From Methanothermus fervidus DSM 2088 (lineage in GTDB: Archaea; Methanobacteriota; Methanobacteria; DSM-2088; Methanothermaceae): DNA of 32,000 nt. Location: positions 1,211,343 through 1,243,342 of the forward strand of contig CP002278.1 in NCBI GenBank assembly GCA_000166095.1, in the 5' to 3' direction. The first letter of the stretch is position 1. Every line of letters starts with the position of its first letter. The notes below the pieces were generated by a model that saw only the letters and a list, made by a program, of their open reading frames with translations, was not told the origin of the DNA and searched no databases. Both the position numbers and the translations under genes were made by a program. Below, one piece after another: positions 28,387-32,000 of this stretch.

Positions 28387-30337
28387 AGGTGAAGCCACGC
28401 CATTAGAGGTCATATTACTTAGTGGTAATTTGTTAGAAGGATTATTAAATGTAAATTCAACTGATGATCAAGGTTTAGTAACCGGAGGAATAGACCCCAA
28501 CAATTTGCCTCCTTTGTTACGGGATTTAGGAATTAGTGCGGGAGCTCTACAGGGAGCTGCTTATTCAAGTACCAATCCCCCACAGGCAAGTGCAAATAGT
28601 AGTGTTGCAGGTTTGCAACTAACTTTACTGAATCTCGTGCAACTCATAAACTTAGGACTTATAACTTCAAATAGTAGTGTGTCACCGGATTTTAACACCG
28701 GAACTTTATATACTTCTTCACGTACTGGCACTATCGATACAATATCAGTTCTTAATGGAACACTTACGATCGATGCTTTAAATGTCAATGCAACGGCCAT
28801 TGCCAATGGTAAACCTGGAGGAGCTTCTGCACTTTATAATTGGAGTGTAGCTGACATAAAACTCTTAGGTACAAGTATCTTGGACCAGTTAAGATTAAAT
28901 GGGTTTGTCGAATTGCCAGGAGTACTAAGGATAGCGATAGGCAACAAAACTGAGGTGGTTTCTCCTGATGGTACCTACGCATTTGCTTGGGGAGATGCCC
29001 TAATCATAGAGCTTTTCAATGTCTTGCCCGGATATCAACTAATAACTTTAACCCTTGGCCATGCTGAAGCAACAGCAAGCGTGCCTTTAGGCGGTTTAAA
29101 ACCAGGATTAGACGTTGGGATTAAAAAACTCGTGAATACTACAACACCTAATTACATGGATGAAGTTGAGTTTACATTAGTTGCATATAACAATGGTCCT
29201 GGCAATGCTTCAAATGTTCAAGTAGTTGATCAATTGCCTAACGGTCTTAAATGGATTTCTGATGATTCTAATGGATCATATAACCCTTCAACAGGTATTT
29301 GGACAATAGGTAATCTAAATAATGGTAGCAGTGTAACATTACACATCAAAGCTCGTGTAATTATTTCCAACACCACCATTACTAACCTTGCTAGTATTAC
29401 AACCCCAGATGAAGACATGAATCCAGACAATGACAAAAGTTTAGTAGTATTATATGTTCCACCAGCAGCAGATCTCTCAATAGAGAAGAATGCAAGCGCA
29501 ACAACTGCAAGACTTGGAGACATAGTTACATTCACAATAACAGTCATGAACAATGGACCAGACAATGCAACAGATGTGAATGTAACAGATATGCTACCTT
29601 CTGGACTTGAATTTGTAAGCTGGAATGCAACAAAAGGAACCTACAATTCAACATCAGGAATCTGGAATGTTGGAAATCTAACAGCTGGAGAGACAGCAAC
29701 CTTAAATATAACAGCTAAGGTAACTGCATCAAACACAACAATTGTGAATGTTGCAAATGTGACAAGCAGCATCTATGATCAGAACACAACAAACAACAAT
29801 GCTCCAGTTACAGTAACTGTAACAGCACCAACAAACTTCACACTAAGCAACTTGACAGTCACTCCAACATCTGGAGTTGCACCACTAACAATAACTGCAA
29901 CTTGTAACATCACAAACACTGGAGGAACAGCTGGAAACTACACAGCAGTACTCTACATTAATGGTTCAGCAGTTGCAAATCAAACAATAACACTAGGTCC
30001 GGGAGAGACAACAACCGTGAACTTCACTTACACCTTAACACAACCAGGAACCTACAACGTTACAATAGGAAACTTAACACCAGTTACAGTAACTGTAACA
30101 GCACCAACACCTATACCAACACCAACGAAACCACCTGGAAAACCACATGTTCTAAAACCACCAAAACTAAAGATAACTAAGCCACCAAAACCAACAAAGA
30201 TCAAATTCTTAAAGAGAGGAAAAGAAAAGATAGGTAAAAAGAAAATTAAGATACCAGTTACTGGAGTGCCTCTAACTTATCTATTACTTGGATTAATCCT
30301 GATAATCCTTGGACTATCAGATAGAAGAAAAACATAA
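28304..30337 (+). CDS. Surface (adhesin/S-layer-like) glycoprotein, C-terminal part: two DUF11 repeats, CARDB-like domain, Pro/Lys/Thr linker, IPVTG + TM + basic tail
   Basis: DUF11-type repeats (VEFTLVAYNNGPGNASNVQVVDQLPNGL..., VTFTITVMNNGPDNATDVNVTDMLPSGL...). CARDB-like LTITATCNITNTGGTAGNYTAVLYINGS. C-terminus IPVTGVPLTYLLLGLILIILGLSDRRKT. No signal peptide of its own. The frame opens only at 28298. Confidence 0.75.
   Translation: MRFQMVLLNLQAARSNASVNSQVPPYSKGEATPLEVILLSGNLLEGLLNVNSTDDQGLVTGGIDPNNLPPLLRDLGISAGALQGAAYSSTNPPQASANSSVAGLQLTLLNLVQLINLGLITSNSSVSPDFNTGTLYTSSRTGTIDTISVLNGTLTIDALNVNATAIANGKPGGASALYNWSVADIKLLGTSILDQLRLNGFVELPGVLRIAIGNKTEVVSPDGTYAFAWGDALIIELFNVLPGYQLITLTLGHAEATASVPLGGLKPGLDVGIKKLVNTTTPNYMDEVEFTLVAYNNGPGNASNVQVVDQLPNGLKWISDDSNGSYNPSTGIWTIGNLNNGSSVTLHIKARVIISNTTITNLASITTPDEDMNPDNDKSLVVLYVPPAADLSIEKNASATTARLGDIVTFTITVMNNGPDNATDVNVTDMLPSGLEFVSWNATKGTYNSTSGIWNVGNLTAGETATLNITAKVTASNTTIVNVANVTSSIYDQNTTNNNAPVTVTVTAPTNFTLSNLTVTPTSGVAPLTITATCNITNTGGTAGNYTAVLYINGSAVANQTITLGPGETTTVNFTYTLTQPGTYNVTIGNLTPVTVTVTAPTPIPTPTKPPGKPHVLKPPKLKITKPPKPTKIKFLKRGKEKIGKKKIKIPVTGVPLTYLLLGLILIILGLSDRRKT
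29804..29833 (+). repeat. 30-bp exact direct repeat, copy 1 (encodes PVTVTVTAPT linker)
   Basis: ccagttacagtaactgtaacagcaccaaca is identical to 30080-30109. Confidence 0.9.
30080..30109 (+). repeat. 30-bp exact direct repeat, copy 2 (encodes PVTVTVTAPT linker)
   Basis: Identical to 29804-29833. Both copies sit at domain boundaries of the surface protein. Confidence 0.9.
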
Positions 30338-30344
30338 CGCCTAC

Positions 30345-30359
30345 TTTTTTATTTTTTTT
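30345..30359 (+). terminator. Oligo-T transcription terminator candidate for the surface protein gene
   Basis: T6 then T8 runs (ttttttatttttttt) begin 8 nt after the stop codon. Archaeal RNA polymerase terminates at oligo-T tracts. Confidence 0.5.
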
Positions 30360-31008
30360 ACCACTCTACAATACCCCTAAAAAATTTAATCCCATCTTCT
30401 GAACCTAAAATAGATTCCGATGCTCTTTCAGGATGAGGCATTATTGCACAAACTAACCCACTTTTATCACATACACCAGTTATTGAATCTATAGAGCCAT
30501 TCAAATTTTCTTTATGAAATTTTAAAACTACTTGGTCATTTTTATAAAGCTCATCAACATCTTTAACGTAATATCTACCCTCAGCATGTGCAATTGGCAT
30601 TTTAATTATTTCATTTTTAGAATAAAGGTGTGTGAAAGGAGTTCTTGTTGTCTTAACCTTAAGTTCTGTCCATCTGCAAATAAATTTAACATTTTTATTG
30701 ATTGTAAAAACTCCCGGTACCAGTGATGCTTCTGCAAGTATTTGAGCACCATTACAAATTCCTAAAACTGGTTTTTCATCTTTTACCAATTCTTTAATAC
30801 CATCTATTACAGGAGTTACGGATGCTATAGCACCTGCCCTTAAATAATCACCATATGAAAAACCACCAGGTATTATAGCAGCATCTAAATGAGATATATC
30901 TCTTTGGTCCCATCGTATATACTCTGGCTTTCCACCAGCAAGTTTTACTGCATGATAAACATCTCTATCACAATTAGATCCTGGGAATCTAATTATTCCA
31001 ATCCTCAT
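30358..31008 (-). CDS. purQ: Phosphoribosylformylglycinamidine synthase subunit PurQ (glutaminase)
   Basis: [16 protein letters not shown], the nucleophile elbow GICNGAQIL and MPHPER. Confidence 0.92.
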   Translation of the reverse strand: MRIGIIRFPGSNCDRDVYHAVKLAGGKPEYIRWDQRDISHLDAAIIPGGFSYGDYLRAGAIASVTPVIDGIKELVKDEKPVLGICNGAQILAEASLVPGVFTINKNVKFICRWTELKVKTTRTPFTHLYSKNEIIKMPIAHAEGRYYVKDVDELYKNDQVVLKFHKENLNGSIDSITGVCDKSGLVCAIMPHPERASESILGSEDGIKFFRGIVEW

Positions 31009-31256
31009 GATATCCGCTTCACATCTATTTTATAATCATGAATAACTGGATTACATAACAATCTTTTGCACATATCTTCCACACTATCTACTACACTTTT
31101 CTTATCTTTTCCATTCATTTCGAAATATATTAGATTTGCAGTCCTTGTATTTTCCACGTCGTAACCTAAGAGGGATAATCCTTTTTTTATTGCCAAAGCT
31201 TCAGGATCTAACATTCCCTTCTTTAGCTTTATTTTAATTTTTACCCTATATTTCAT
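31005..31256 (-). CDS. purS: Phosphoribosylformylglycinamidine synthase subunit PurS
   Basis: 83-aa protein with the [23 protein letters not shown] pattern. Lies between purC and purQ with ATGA overlaps. Confidence 0.85.
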   Translation of the reverse strand: MKYRVKIKIKLKKGMLDPEALAIKKGLSLLGYDVENTRTANLIYFEMNGKDKKSVVDSVEDMCKRLLCNPVIHDYKIDVKRIS

Positions 31257-31966
31257 ATTTTGTCACCTATTATCTCTGCAACTCTTTTGTATGCTTTTCC
31301 AACTCCTGATCTACCCTTCCTAAATATGTCTTTGTCAAAAGATTCTTTAGTTTTCTTTTCCCATAACCTACAAGTGTCAGGACTAATTTCATCGCCTAGT
31401 ACTAATTTTCCATTTTCATCTATTCCAAATTCAAATTTAATATCAGGGAGTATGAAACCCTTTTTATCTAAAAATTTTTTCAAAATTTCATTTGCTTTAA
31501 GTGCTATACGTTTAATTTCTTTAAGTTCTTTTTTATTTGCTATACCTAAAGCTTCAGCTATATCATCATTTAACATAGGGTCTCCATATTCATCACTTTT
31601 ATAATCCATTTGTACTATGGGTTTTTTAAATTTTTCCCCTTCCTTAAATGGATAACGCTTTACAATGCTCCCTGTAGCTATATTTCTAACTATAACTTCT
31701 AAGGGTATCATTTTAAGTTTTGAAACAAGCATATATCTTGGTTTTAATAACTTAATAAAATGAGTATTTATTCCATTCTCCTCTAAAACCTTAAAAAGTT
31801 TTGCAGATATTATAGAACAATAATATCCTTTTTTATGTATTTTATCTTTTTTTGCACCATCTCCAGCAGTTATGTCATCTCTAAATTTAATTATTAAATG
31901 GGAAGGATTATCAGTTTCATATACATCTTTTACTTTGCCTCTATGCAACAATTTCCCAAGTTTCAT
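31253..31966 (-). CDS. purC: SAICAR synthetase PurC
   Basis: [19 protein letters not shown] and LPDIKFEFG motifs. GAGGTG lies 8 nt upstream of the ATG. Confidence 0.92.
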   Translation of the reverse strand: MKLGKLLHRGKVKDVYETDNPSHLIIKFRDDITAGDGAKKDKIHKKGYYCSIISAKLFKVLEENGINTHFIKLLKPRYMLVSKLKMIPLEVIVRNIATGSIVKRYPFKEGEKFKKPIVQMDYKSDEYGDPMLNDDIAEALGIANKKELKEIKRIALKANEILKKFLDKKGFILPDIKFEFGIDENGKLVLGDEISPDTCRLWEKKTKESFDKDIFRKGRSGVGKAYKRVAEIIGDKI

Positions 31967-32000
31967 TTATTTACACCTCAAAAACTATTTGCGAAAAATT

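Noticed and set aside
28300-30200. Locally higher G+C and A-rich coding strand of the surface protein gene, considered as evidence of horizontal transfer
   Set aside because: The shift is explained by amino-acid composition. The protein is rich in Thr, Ala, Pro, Gly and Asn, with ACA/GCA/CCA/GGA codons that still prefer A in the third position like the rest of the window.

Overview
This is a gene-dense, AT-rich segment (roughly one-third G+C by eye) that reads as the core chromosome of a methanogenic archaeon. Supporting markers are the MCR activation component A2 (atwA), hypE, cbiT, archaeosine tRNA-guanine transglycosylase, archaeal NAC, SRP19, archaeal-type NMN adenylyltransferase and a tRNA-Tyr with a C1:G72 pair. 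Lys/Glu/Ile-rich proteins suggest a thermophile. A DUF11-repeat surface protein ending in an LPXTG-like signal hints at a pseudomurein-walled Methanobacteriales/Methanothermus-like organism, which is inference only. About 45 genes are packed into long co-directional strings with overlapping or abutting stop/start codons (ATGA, TAATG) and GGAGG/GGTGA ribosome-binding sites. Recognisable housekeeping genes include argJ-argB, purC-purS-purQ, cobA-hemD, galU, ubiX, an IPMDH-family dehydrogenase, hsp20 and usp. I saw no CRISPR array, transposase or integrase. The best candidate for an undescribed system is a translationally coupled trio at 8117-11063 on the minus strand. It comprises an Icc/CpdA-like metallophosphoesterase, a Zc3h12a-type NYN RNase with an unknown C-terminal domain, and a membrane-anchored protein with a GGDEF/Cas10-like GGDD palm signature. 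Together these suggest a nucleotide second-messenger generator, effector and eraser. Four items are not explained by the ORF track: (1) an SRP19 gene with no canonical start codon, (2) a canonical C/D-box sRNA candidate in an intergenic region, (3) a +1 frameshift at a T4 run that splits a heavily sequon-loaded surface protein, and (4) that protein's IPVTG + TM + basic-tail sorting signal. All functional calls rest on motif recognition by eye. No database search was run.
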